In this document: positions 38,701-48,600 of the stretch, piece after piece
Layout of the letters: every line of letters starts with the position of its first letter
Numbering within the stretch: the stretch's first letter is position 1
Source: Haliotis rufescens
Taxonomy: Eukaryota
Length of the DNA: 64,000 nt
Direction: 5' to 3'
Assembly (NCBI RefSeq): GCF_023055435.1
Contig: NW_025963835.1
Span: 2,790,001-2,854,000, forward strand
Translations under genes and position numbers: made by a program
The notes under the pieces: generated by a model
The model's database searches: none
Seen by the model: only the letters and a program-made list of their open reading frames with translations
What the model was told of the DNA's origin: nothing

Positions 38701-38802
38701 TGGCAGCCACAAACCCTTGTCTTCATTGTTCACTAACAAAATCTTTCCGTGATTCGAATCGGAAATAAGTACACTGACAAATTCTGTGCTTTTACGTGAC
38801 AT
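7263..38802 (-). CDS. PPP-family Ser/Thr protein phosphatase with degenerate Nudix-like N-terminus and EF-hands (19 coding exons, ~796 aa)
   Basis: Hand-spliced exons: 38641-38802, 35630-35749, 34133-34250, 32843-32959, 32517-32643, 31489-31662, 30124-30207, 28388-28516, 27053-27162, 26456-26611, 25394-25485, 22284-22364, 21968-22100, 20644-20774, 19724-19830, 11949-12051, 11006-11148, 8766-8943, 7263-7388. Total 2391 nt, phases consistent, GT-AG introns. PPP motifs GDIHG, GDYVDRG, RGNHE, VHGG, LWSDP, RAHE; EF-hand loops [12 protein letters not shown] and [12 protein letters not shown]. Confidence 0.9.
8050..8322 (-). mobile_element. SINE-like family A (core gcttgtcgtaagaggcgactaa; (caaa/caac)n tail)
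   Basis: TSD agatgtagaagt. Other copies ~28024-28288, 33117-33385, 40000-40240, 41894-42159, 50283-50546, 51649-51901, 54135-54338, 55005-55243, 58935-59073. Confidence 0.85.
8766..8943 (-). CDS. phosphatase exon 18 (...[10 protein letters not shown]...[13 protein letters not shown])
   Basis: RG and RAHE motifs; tttcag / CAG|gtaag. Confidence 0.95.
8990..9745. repeat. 83-bp minisatellite (~9 copies)
   Basis: cagggctata recurs at 9075, 9158, 9241 and onward. Confidence 0.9.
9746..10740. repeat. 25-bp minisatellite (ataggatgattaccatgattatatt)n
   Basis: ~40 diverged units. Confidence 0.9.
11006..11148 (-). CDS. phosphatase exon 17 (VFCVHGGIP...ILWSDPI)
   Basis: HGG and LWSDP motifs; ttgcag / AG|gtaaa. 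Confidence 0.95.
11455..11798 (+). mobile_element. SINE family E (Nin/Deu-core-like CACCCAGCAGTGAATGGGTA, (ATT)n tail)
   Basis: Second copy on the opposite strand at ~21647-21862 with (atc)n tail. Confidence 0.6.
11949..12051 (-). CDS. phosphatase exon 16 (ECLSKFG...[13 protein letters not shown])
   Basis: ttgcag / AAG|gtaat; PP1-like FDCLPxAA segment. Confidence 0.95.
12918..19250 (-). mobile_element. DIRS1-like tyrosine-recombinase retrotransposon, full length, ORFs disrupted
   Basis: ITRs 12918-13150 and 19039-19250; ICR 13191-13285 complementary to both termini. Gag Zn-finger remnant ([10 protein letters not shown]) ~18400; [25 protein letters not shown] ~16017-16286; RNase H ~15240-15560; methyltransferase VDLFAS..DAF..DW ~15050-15230; YR SGRRVGD and KAH*VR ~13900-14660. 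Confidence 0.95.
17270..18000. repeat. 183-bp tandem repeat (~4 copies) inside DIRS gag
   Basis: gacctcgagc at 17401, 17584, 17767, 17951. Confidence 0.9.
19724..19830 (-). CDS. phosphatase exon 15 ([24 protein letters not shown]...)
   Basis: RGNHE motif; ttacag / AC|gtaagt. Confidence 0.95.
19792..20360. repeat. 74-bp minisatellite containing the exon-15 acceptor and first 39 coding nt
   Basis: Acceptor CAG copies (plus-strand ctg) at 19831, 19905, 19979, 20110, 20184, 20258, 20332; one 57-bp unit with mutated AG at 20036. Confidence 0.95.
20644..20774 (-). CDS. phosphatase exon 14 (GDIHGN...FLGDYVDRG)
   Basis: PPP motifs 1 and 2; aag acceptor, GAG|gtgag donor. Confidence 0.95.
21968..22100 (-). 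CDS. phosphatase exon 13 (PAFNWG...[14 protein letters not shown])
   Basis: ttccag / G|gtaag; leads into the GDIHG motif. Confidence 0.9.
22284..22364 (-). CDS. phosphatase exon 12 ([15 protein letters not shown]...)
   Basis: tttcag / AAG|gtaag, phase 0-0. Confidence 0.85.
22741..25222. repeat. 32-bp minisatellite (ggaatcccctagggagatcctgcaagggacat)n, ~77 copies
   Basis: Directly visible. Confidence 0.97.
25394..25485 (-). CDS. phosphatase exon 11 (GTPAVSGS...SIDSFNQ)
   Basis: ggcag / CAA|gtaagt, phase 1-0. Confidence 0.85.
25680..26055. repeat. 25-bp minisatellite (ctcaaatgaaaccatcagcaagaat)n
   Basis: Directly visible, degenerate at its left edge. Confidence 0.85.
26456..26611 (-). CDS. 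phosphatase exon 10 (GKVDPVF...[14 protein letters not shown]...WDLQ)
   Basis: NAGNAG acceptor gcagcag, G|gtcag donor, phase 1-1. Confidence 0.85.
27053..27162 (-). CDS. phosphatase exon 9 ([22 protein letters not shown]...)
   Basis: tttcag / A|gtgag, phase 2-1; acidic/basic linker. Confidence 0.75.
27275..27450 (-). mobile_element. tRNA-derived SINE family B (TAGCCTAGTGG / GGTTCGATTC boxes, (cact)n tail)
   Basis: Other copies ~21060-21220, 34615-34780, 50991-51135, 54740-54899. Confidence 0.85.
28388..28516 (-). CDS. phosphatase exon 8 ([10 protein letters not shown]...[14 protein letters not shown])
   Basis: ttccag / AG|gtatt, phase 2-2. Confidence 0.85.
29436..29781 (-). mobile_element. 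tRNA-derived SINE family D
   Basis: 15-bp TSD CCATCCTTGTAAGGA (29421-29435, 29782-29796); A/B boxes TGGTCTAGTGG, GGTTCGATCC. Other copies ~37758-37870, 42445-42746, 50907-51415. Confidence 0.88.
30124..30207 (-). CDS. phosphatase exon 7 (DLVKDVR...NSAK)
   Basis: tttcag / AA|gttag, phase 2-2. Confidence 0.85.
30480..31410. repeat. 24/27-bp minisatellite (ggtgctgaggacctacaacaagtatct)n
   Basis: Directly visible; units differ by one aca triplet. Confidence 0.92.
31489..31662 (-). CDS. phosphatase exon 6, EF-hand pair ([15 protein letters not shown]...[14 protein letters not shown])
   Basis: cgcag / AG|gtgag, phase 2-2; EF-hand loop patterns. Confidence 0.9.
32517..32643 (-). CDS. phosphatase exon 5 (EQDMLFEEF...LPLFR)
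   Basis: ttacag / AG|gtag, phase 1-2. Confidence 0.8.
32843..32959 (-). CDS. phosphatase exon 4 (DSCPVGSL...KLAKK)
   Basis: tttcag / G|gtctgt, phase 1-1. Confidence 0.75.
34133..34250 (-). CDS. phosphatase exon 3 (YPDTSVWLS...QQLKE)
   Basis: tttcag / G|gtgag, phase 0-1. Confidence 0.8.
35115..35408 (+). mobile_element. tRNA(Leu/Ser-like)-derived SINE family C
   Basis: Head GGTGGCCCAGTCGTCTAAGGCGCT, (actc)n tail. Other copies ~20-140, 20925-21345, 28590-28876, 39590-39853, 42990-49400 (split by DIRS), 60295-60460. Confidence 0.8.
35630..35749 (-). CDS. phosphatase exon 2 ([13 protein letters not shown]...SIDQ)
   Basis: tttcag acceptor, CAG|gttag donor, phase 0-0. Confidence 0.7.
36495..36655 (+). 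mobile_element. solo LTR (Gypsy-like) containing a tRNA-Arg-derived segment
   Basis: TGTAGC...GCTACA termini, 4-bp TSD CTTG on both sides; internal TGGATAAGGCGTCCAACCTCGGATCAGAAG..GGTTCGAATCCC. Confidence 0.75.
38641..38802 (-). CDS. phosphatase exon 1 (MSRKSTEF...LAEE), Nudix-like
   Basis: ATG at 38802-38800, donor GAG|gtacgc, phase 0. Confidence 0.75.
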
Positions 38803-39180
38803 TTTTAGACTACATTCCTAGTTTTGGGAGGTAAACAATAAATCTTGTAAATCAACACAGTGTCGAAATATCCTAAATTCCTTTTCGTTGCGTTGCAAAG
38901 GCGGTGTTGGGAGCTTGCAAGTGGTAGCGTGCCCATTTCCGGTATGTCCTAGTCAAATTATAACGAAGTAAGCATGTCATTAAATGATTTCTTGTTGAAC
39001 AAAAATTAATAATTTTACAGAATAGGTCATGACACAATGTAGTAATTGTTCATAGCCACAATGGATAAACATTATTCTTGATTTTCACAATGAATACTCG
39101 CACGCAACTTTTAAATCAGTAGAACATCGCGCATGCTCTAAACAAGCGCACGTGTTGATAGAACACGGAGTAAGTTTTTA
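38803..39180. promoter_or_regulatory. candidate bidirectional promoter between the phosphatase and ZNHIT3
   Basis: Head-to-head genes; locally CpG-enriched; TTCCGG (ETS-like) at ~38937, GCGCATGC (NRF1-like) at ~39129; plus-strand donor candidates at 38942 and 39170 for a ZNHIT3 5'UTR exon. Confidence 0.5.
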
Positions 39181-40429
39181 TAAGACGATGATAAATATAT
39201 GTTTACGAATAGGGAATGTGAAAGGTGGTCATCAAATATGACCAAAAACATATATCGTACGCCTACTGAGAAGTTATGACGGACGTGTTATATGTAGTGA
39301 GGACTGGACATGTAGGCTACATACTTGTTAAATCTCGAAATTAAGATTGGATTGTACATGTTTTCAGCTGTTTACATAGGCTAGATCTCGATAGGAAACT
39401 TGTCATATTGATATGAAATTGTTATTTCAAAATTAGACAGGACATGTTATATTGATAGAGGACTGGACCTGTTATTTGTCCAATCAAATGGTCTGGAGAC
39501 ATGTTTCTCGAGAGAGTACTGAACACATAAATGTTTCTTGTTTCAAAAGTGAACAATAACACATTTTAATATTTGTTATGTCAAAATTGGGAACACAGGT
39601 GACCAAGTTGTGTAAGGTTCCACGATTCGCTTTGTTGGATCCCCTGGACGCATCAGAAACCTATAATCATGCGTTCGAATCTCAGTTCGTCTGATTATGT
39701 TTCATGGTTTTGTCAGCAGACTCTGCACCATACCCGTTTCACCACATTGGTAAACCTCTGAGTCCTGCATCACTTCAGCCTTTCCACCCACATTAAGCTG
39801 ACACGCCCTGATATAACTGGAATACTGATCAATTGTAACTCCATCACTCACTCATCATATCATACTGGACATATATTGCATAGAAAGGGGACAGGTTATA
39901 TTGACATGTTGTATCAAAATTGGATACGATGTGTTATATTGAGAGATTATCAGTCACATTCTTTTTGGTTTTATGGAGAGTGACTGCAGATGTTATATTG
40001 ATTTGTTTGTTGTTTAGCGTCGCACACAGCAGTATTCCAGCTATATGACGTCGGTCTGTTAATAACCGAGTCTGGACCAGACAATCCAGTGATTGACATC
40101 ATGAGCATTGTTCCACACAATTGGATATGATGACATGCATAAACCAAGTCAGCGAGCCTGACCACCCGATCCCATTAGTCACCTCTTACGACAAGCATAC
40201 TCCCCTTTTATGACAAGCATTGGTTACTGAAGACCAGTTCTGCCGAGTGCAAGTAGAACGTCAGTCTTCTGCTGTGGTATATGTTACCATCATAGAGGCT
40301 ATAAGATATAGTACACCTTCAAGGTTCATTTCTATCTCTCTTTGTCATCTCTATGGTTCATTTCAGATAAGGGGTACTGGATAATTCATCTCCAGGTGAT
40401 ACACACAGCTCCAGACAGCCTCCCACAAC

Positions 40430-40500
40430 ATGCAGGCACAGTGTGAAGTTTGTACTGAAGGGGCAGCCAAGTACAAGTGTCCTCAGTGTGTCCTCAAATA
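40430..40500 (+). CDS. ZNHIT3: ZNHIT3 coding exon 1
   Basis: MQAQCEVCTEGAAKYKCPQCVLK, TA|gtaagt. Confidence 0.9.
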
Positions 40501-42646
40501 GTAAGTTATTATATGCAATGACAAACAGAAATTTCCATTCTTCTTTCATATCGATTTATTTAAAGAAAGCATTTAAGCACAACATAATTGACAATTACTG
40601 TATTTCCTTGATTAAATGCCCTGGCGTATATTTCTTTGAGACACTCTTTACCCCCGAGGCCTAATCGCAAAGATAGAAATCGGGAGAATTCCCATATCCG
40701 AGGCAAGAGAGTTAACTGACTGTAAAAGTCCAGTTTCCACCGTTGCCAAGCTAGGCTGGAATTTCTAGGCTCGAATGTAGCGCCACCAGTGGCTTTTACA
40801 AGTTATGTCCCTTCTATGTTCCTCCGATTGACCAATCAGATTCCACCTCTCATATCACTTGCAATGTTTCAAATAAAATGGCATCGCCTAGTGAAGACGA
40901 TCTGATCAATAATCAAGATCCATTTTGTAATAAAACAGGTCTTACTTAAGTGCATCAAATCAGGACAGCACCTTGATTAAAAACATGAAAAGCTTTGGAA
41001 ACTATTGTTGACACTAAATTGAAATCTGAACAGCATTTTATGAACCGGATGTCGATTTCATTTCGCGATTTTCATTTGTCTTTGCATAGACTCATTAGTC
41101 CAGCCAAAATAGAACTCCATAAATCCAGCCTAGTTCGGCAAGGCTGGAAACTGGACTTCTATAGTCAGTTAACTCCCTTGCCTCAGGAAGATGAAGAATT
41201 CTGTGTATAAACACTTGCAGGCAATTAATCAAGGCCAGGCATTTATTCGAGACACTGGCATCTGTTCGAGGGCGGCAAATATTTGAGGCCCAGTGTTTAA
41301 TAGAGGAAATACAGTAACATGACTTATCGGGCTCGTTGAAATTGGATAGTGAGAAAGAAAATAATTGTCATATATGAGTTGTTGACTTTCAAGGTTAAGC
41401 TACTCAAAACCTTTTGTTGGCCAGATGTATGATTTCAAAGTTACATCCCTTATCTGCACCAGGATACACTGATTCTTGGTTGCCAGCACCATACCTTAGA
41501 TTCAAACAGGAAAGCGTTTATGACCTATGTAATTTTCTACCGCCTTAAGTTGCAATGTGTCTCATGGTATTATTATGTTTCTTTTTCTGTCTCTGCAGCT
41601 GCTCAGTCCAGTGTTACAAGCAGCACAAAGGTATGTAATTCAGCAGCAACTGGTAAGGGGTCAAGGTCACTTAAGGTCAAATTATGAAACATGGTTCAAA
41701 TATTACAAAATATTGGATTACCATAATTCCTGAGAAATCTGAGCATTTTCCAATCAGATTAATTAATGGATAATCAAGGTCTTTGTAATATGTTAAGATG
41801 AATGTTGTAACATGTATTAGGGTAGCCAGAGGCATGGGACTCAAAGTGTACTGCATTGGACATGAGATCAACTGTCACTGTATGTGGTGAAGTTTTTATT
41901 TTTGTTTGTTTATTTGTTGTCTTACGCCACACTCAGTAATATGACAGCAGTCTGTAAATAATCGAGTCTGGACCAGACAATCCAATGATTGACGTCATGA
42001 GCATCGATCCATGCAATTGGGATACGATGATATGTATCAACCAAGTCAGCGAACCTAACCACCCGATCCCGTTAGTCCCATCTTATGACAAGCATGTTGG
42101 CCTTTTACGGCAAGCATGGGTTATTGAAGACCTATTCCAACCCAGATCTTCACGGGTCTTATGTGGTGAAGTCAAAATGGTTTATGCTACTTGTTTGTGA
42201 TTTGGTTGCAATGAGACTGCTTCTGGTTTTGTGTGTAATGCAAACACCTTTCTCGTCACCACTACTGTTATATTATCCCGAATCCAGTTTCTTGAGAGCT
42301 TGTGATGGGATATGGCCCTCATCTGTTGTATCTGTTAACTTGTCTGTCTCTAAAATCACAGTCCGCTGTTCAGTGTTCAGATCCCGATTTCATTCCAAAT
42401 GTTATGGTTGGTCTGTATGTGTTTGTGACGTTCATTACCTTGGGGACCGCCTCCGTGGTCTAATGGTAGAGCGTCCGCCCGGAGAGCGGAATGTCCGGGG
42501 TTCGATCCCCAGCCACGTCTGGTCGGCTCGGAGTCTGTATACTGTGTCTGAGTGGGGTATTCATGTTAAAGTGCGGCATGGTATCTCAGTGTGCTAGCAC
42601 TATAAATCGGCATCAGTCTAGACTAGTTCAAGCAGCCACACACACA

Positions 42647-42687
<41 letters not shown>

Positions 42688-45600
42688 TTGCACGTCGCTA
42701 TATAAGTGCAATAATCTTGGACGCGACGTTAAACCCCATTTTACCTCATTACCTTGGGCATTCGCGAAACCAATGATAATGGATGGAAGCCAAACAAATT
42801 CTATAGTATGGGTACGGGTGCCCCTAGACTAACATTTAGTCTATGAAATCTCATGATATATAATACCCTTCTTGACTCTAAAAATAAAAAATAAAAATTT
42901 TCCCTATGCAAATTGTGGAGTAGAGCTGGCAGGCTTGCTTTTGTATACATTTCTAGATAGTTTTATAAATATATTCCACAGTCATGGTGCAGGACTAGGT
43001 GCCCCAGTTGTCTAAGGCATCACAATTTGCTGTGCAGAGTTACGCCCATTGGGCACACCATAATTCTAAGTGTGTGGCTTCTTATCCTCGTTTCCCCGAA
43101 TATGTTTCTCGGTTTGTCAGAACATGCCCTTCCTCATGGGTTTTACCAAAGTGGTGAAGGTCTAAGACCTGCATCACCTCAGGTTTCCTCCCACTTTAAG
43201 CTGACATGACTGTGTATAAGTGGAATGTTTTAGTCTGCTTTCAGTCGTACAAATGGGTATCTCTCATACCCTCACGTCTAGTCGCACGTTTAAGAGGAAG
43301 CCAGAAGCTGGAATGTAAACATTAAACTTGTTTCCGTCCGGTTGCGCACGCACCTCCCTATGACATGTCACAAATCTCTCAGCGCGCCTCTGCGCTGGTC
43401 GCTCGAGAAAGTCTTTCGCGGTAGACTGCTAGTTTGTATTCTACTAGTACTTATCGCTTATCTACAGTTGTTCTAATAAAGTAATAATATGTCTTACCTG
43501 TAGACTCCTGGAATGTAATCCTTGGTAATCCATTGTTTGTGTTCAACGCGTGTTTCGCTGTTTGACAGTGATTCTACACGTGGCAATATGTCGGGCATTT
43601 GTGCCTCGTGTCAACGAAAACTGTCTAAAGTAGACCCTCACAAGTATTGTCCTTCCTGCATCATTAAGGACGGGTTTTCAACGTGTTCGTGGAATAAACG
43701 TTGTAAAGAATGTGAAAACTTGTCTTCAATAAACTTTAACTTGTATCTTCGTGCGTTGGCGAAGCGGGCCGCTGACCAGCGCTACAAGCAGAGAAGGTCA
43801 TCGGTTGGATCCTTGGACTCTGCACCCTCCGCATCAGGCCCTGGGGGTGGCGAGTCGACCACACCTCAGAAATCAGTTGATAAAGACCCGCCTCAGTCAA
43901 CTTCAGTTTTCGACAAGACACGTGACCGTTCGCCTGCTGATGATACTACCCGCACGACTGGTCTTCGTCATTCGGTTGATCGAGAGCGTCACTCAGCCTC
44001 CCCCGTTACGACGGGACCGGGTGGTGACGAGGACCATGAGGGGACTACGGTCCCCAGTCGGTCCGTATCTCGTTCTACCAACGACATCGTAGGGACGTCG
44101 TGCGGGACGACAGTGGACACAGAAGTCGTTCCCGTTCAAGTCGGGACGACAGGACGAGTGCCTCGTCGAGAGACAGTACACGACACGAGGGCGTTCATCG
44201 TCATCGTGGTCGTCGAATGTACGATTCGGACGATAACTACGATGGGGATCGTAGTACTTCTACAGTTAGAGATCGTAGCCCTAGTCCCCACGGGGACGTG
44301 CGATGTTCTCGAAGGGAGTTTCGGGGAGTTCAGCGTCGTAGTGAAGATAGTGACAGAACGACGACCTCGTCTCACTTACATATCGACCCGGCTTTGATAG
44401 CCCAGATCACGGCGGCGGTCCTCGCCTCGACGGCGTCGACCAAGAAGGATACGACTACGTCGGGGGTCCATGGCCCGTCAACTAGTACAGCAGCTCCTTC
44501 ATCTACGCCTCCACACTCGACGTGTACAATGGATTGTGACGACAGCCCTCCTAGGCCTCCCATAGAACGATGACAACCCGACGCGTGCGGGCTTTAAGGT
44601 GGGAGATACACCGCAGTCTCTTCAGTTTTCTCCTCCCGATGTCTTCAGAGCCATGGCTCACGACATGGACCAGAACTTTGGCTCTGCTCTGCCTGGGCAG
44701 AGCTTCTGCAAGCCGCCTGGTCGATCTCGTTACCCGATCTATGGCATGCCGTTTTCGTCACCCATGACTACGGATTTGGACTGGGGGCTACTCTTCAAGA
44801 GACCAGCGCCCTCCACATTTGGAATCCTTGGACACTGCTGTTTGTCACCAGCTGCAAACGCTTGCTATGCTGTCGACAGCGATCAAGGCCCTCTCAGTGT
44901 ACTTTGAGGAGAAAGAACCCCAGGACGAGGACGACAGGACGGTGCCATCGGTCCTCACCTGTATGCAACGGTGGATCTCGGACGTCCTCGCCCAGTCCCG
45001 ATATGTATCGGGCCAGATTACTACGGCGCGTCGCCATGGTTACATCGACTGCACTGACCTACCTGATCGTCATGGCAGGTCACTCTTACGGGCCCCGTGG
45101 ACATCGCAACAGTTGTTCGACGGTCGTACCAACGACGTTCTGGACAAGTACTCCAGGGAAGCCGAGCGTGACATCATCATTTCGGCTTCACACAACCTGT
45201 CCAGACGGCCACCGGTTTCGAACGCCCCATGACGACGTTACCGAAACGAGAATGTGCAACGGGCCTTCCGTCCCTCGACAGCCGTCCCGCAAGAGAGATT
45301 CCGACAGGAAAGGTCGCCAGGTCTCCTTTCCAAGTTTCCCAGAGGGGGACAGTGCCAGCGGGGGAGGAAGTGAGGTCCCTTCCCCCGCCGTCGCCGTGGT
45401 TGGAGTCTCCCCCGGTGACACTACCTTTAGACGAGCTACCGGTAGGGGGCCGACTTCGTCACTATGCCCACAAGTGGGTTTTCCTCAACGACCCTTACGT
45501 TCAGAACATTTTGACAACAGGCTACGCCCCACGCCTGAGATCGACGCCACCACTGACGTCATCCCCGACATTCCACATTCCACCAACGGATCGGCTGACG

Positions 45601-48600
45601 GCGGCCATCGATTTGTTGGTGGAAAAGGCAGCCGTACTTCGCCTGGGGACATCGGCACCATCGCCGAGGTACTACTCGCCCATCTTTCTAGTACCCAAGA
45701 AAAACTCCACAAAGATGCGGCTTATTTTCAATCTCAAAAAGTTCAACGCAACATACCTCCAACCACCCAACACATTCACCTTGATATCCCTCAGCTCTCT
45801 GCGTCGGATGATATTACCGAACGACTTCCTCGTCTCGTTAGACCTTCAGGACGCGTATCTACATGTACCAATAGCTTCCGAGTTCCAGAAGTACCTCCGA
45901 TTCGAATACCAAGGTATTCCTTACCAGTGGGCGGCCCTCCCGATTGGAATTTCTACGGCCCCGTGCTTTTTCACACGGATCATGAAGACGGTCGTAGAAT
46001 GGCTCCATCAGCAGGCGATCAGGGTCGCCTTCTACCTAGACGACGGGCTCCAAGCTCACCAGTTTACAGAAGCCCTTCTACTACGGTACCTCGGGTGGAT
46101 CGTCAACTTTCAAAAGTCGGACTTGGTACCAACTCGGGTTCTACAGTACATTAGGATACGCTTCCAGACGGGAGTCAATCTGGTCCAGGTACCTCAAGAC
46201 CGTTGGGACAAGATTGTCAGCAGCGTTCCGAGACTTCTACATGCCTCGGCGTCGGTGCACACGTGGCAGGAAGTCCTCGGTCTGTTGACATCAGCCCAAG
46301 ACTTGACTTGACGAGGTCGTCTTCAACTTCGTCCGCTGCAGAGATTGCTGTACCCCCACCTGGAGTTTCCCAATCTCCTGGTTCCACTTCAGGCGCAGCT
46401 ACGTTGTCATCTGGAGTGGTGGCTTCAGCCGTCGAACGTTTGCGAAGGCGTCTTTATGAGCGAGCCTCCGTTCATACTACACCTATTCGTAGACGCGTCA
46501 TTGGAAGGCTGGGGAGCGCACTTCGGGGACGACCAAGCGGCCGGGCTGTGGTCGCCAGTAGAAAAGGTCCTCCACATCAACTGCCTCGAGATGGAAGCAG
46601 TGATTCGGGCAGTCGAGTTTTGGAAACTTCGAATCCGTCGGAAACGGCTGATGATACAGTCGGACAACTCCACAGTCGTCCACTGCGTCAACAAACAGGG
46701 AACAACTCAGTCGGCGGCCCTTCTGGACCGGACATTCAGGTTCTTCGCCCTTGTCGACGACTTGGACATGGGCGTACGCGCCCGTCACATCCCGGGGGCC
46801 AAGAATGTGATTGCCGACGCCCTGTCGAGACCATCGAGGCCGTCTCCCACGGAGTGGATGATCCATCCGACAGTCTTTCATCTGCTGACAGATCGACTCT
46901 GGTTGCCCCGTACAACAACCGCCTCCCTCGATTCGTGTCGCCGGTTCCAGACCCATGGGCATGGGACCACGACGCTCTAGCGATATCGTGGGGGGGGTCT
47001 AGACGCTTACGCGTTTCCACCAACGGTGCTGTTACCATCGCAACTGGTGAAAGTTCGTCAAACGGCCAACCTACGTCTGCTTTTGGTCGCGCCTTATTGG
47101 CCGGCCAGAACATGGTTCCCGGCACTTCTTCAAATCATCGATCAACCACCGTTCCCGTTGCCAGATCGAGACGACCTCCTTCTTCATCCTCACACCGACG
47201 ACTTGCATCCGGGGATAAAGAACTTCCAGCTTCGCGCCTGGGTTTGCTTAAGACCTCGTTAATGAAGGAAGGCTATTCGGCTAAAGCGGCAGCGCTTGTC
47301 TCGTCGGCACGACTCGTAAGCTGTAAGATGACAAGTGGACCACTTTCTCCATTTTTGCCAGGTCTCATGGCTTCATGGCTACAGGTGGCGGAGTTCCTAG
47401 TCTCTCTCCGGTCATCTCGGCGTCTGAAAGGGTCGACGATCTCGACATATCTGGCAGCTTTGGCTTCAGTAGTGCCGTCTCCTACGGGCGACAAGCTCAC
47501 TAACGTACCGGAGTTGCAGAAGATTCTACGTGCCTTCATGGTTGAAGATCAGTCACGTAAATTCCGACCGCCGGCCTGGGACCTTGATGTCGTTCTGCGC
47601 AACCTGTCTAGTCAGGCTTACGAGCCTCTCGATCAGGTCGCGTTCGACTTATTGTCTCAGAAAACGGTTTTCCTTCTCTCGCTGGCTACGGCTGCGAGAA
47701 TTACGGAAATACATGCCATTGGCGTCGGTCGGATTACGTTCGATCAGCGTAACCATGGCAACGTCCATCTTGGTCTCAGATGGGATTTTTTAGCGAAAAA
47801 TCAACTTCCTGGCCAAGATCCGAGAATGTTCAACATTCCTTCCTTGTCTGCCATTATGGGCCCTCATGATCACGCTGATCTCACCTTGTGCCCAGTTCGT
47901 GCGCTTCGTATTTACCTGCAGCGTTCTGAACAGCGACGACAACATTTTCGACGGCTGTTCATACCGCTCTCAACCAATGCAAAGAAAGAGATTACACGTA
48001 ATACTCTCTCATTTTGGTTGAGAGCGGAAATGCTCAGAGCTTACGAGGCGCAAGGACTCGCACCTCCCACCTCCTCTCATCCGCACGAAGTTCGAGCCTT
48101 CGCTTCAACATAAGCACTCCACAGTAATTGTTCGCTACAAGCTATTATGGAGGGCTGCTTTGGAGATCTACTTCAGTGTTTGCTTCGCATTATCTTAGAG
48201 ATATCTCCACAGAAGATGTTGAAGGACTCAAACAGTTTGGTCCACTCGTGGTGGCACAACAGATCTCTCAGAAAAGACAGTGAATTTGTGTTTTATTCAT
48301 TTTGGAGTTTTTGCTCGACACTTCGTGACATACTACAGGTTACAACAAAAGCTGTTGGTGAATGTACGCATTCTTATGGTTTTTTGTTGCGTGCAGTACT
48401 TCTGCTTTTTATTATGGTTATTCGGTGTATGCATCGTCTTCCCATACATTATAGTACTGCTCGTATTTTTTAGTTACTTTGTATACTGCGAGTTGCTCTG
48501 TAACTAAATTATGCGCCGACCTCACTTCGATCCGGGTTCAACTGACGTGTGCAGTTGTACTGTCACATCGATAATTAGTTGTGTGTCGAAGAGCATTACC

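Noticed and set aside
44862-46154. 430-aa ORF (and the N-terminal half of 46203-48113) as novel proteins
   Set aside because: Alternative frames overlapping DIRS RT/RNase H; overlapping open frames are typical of these elements.
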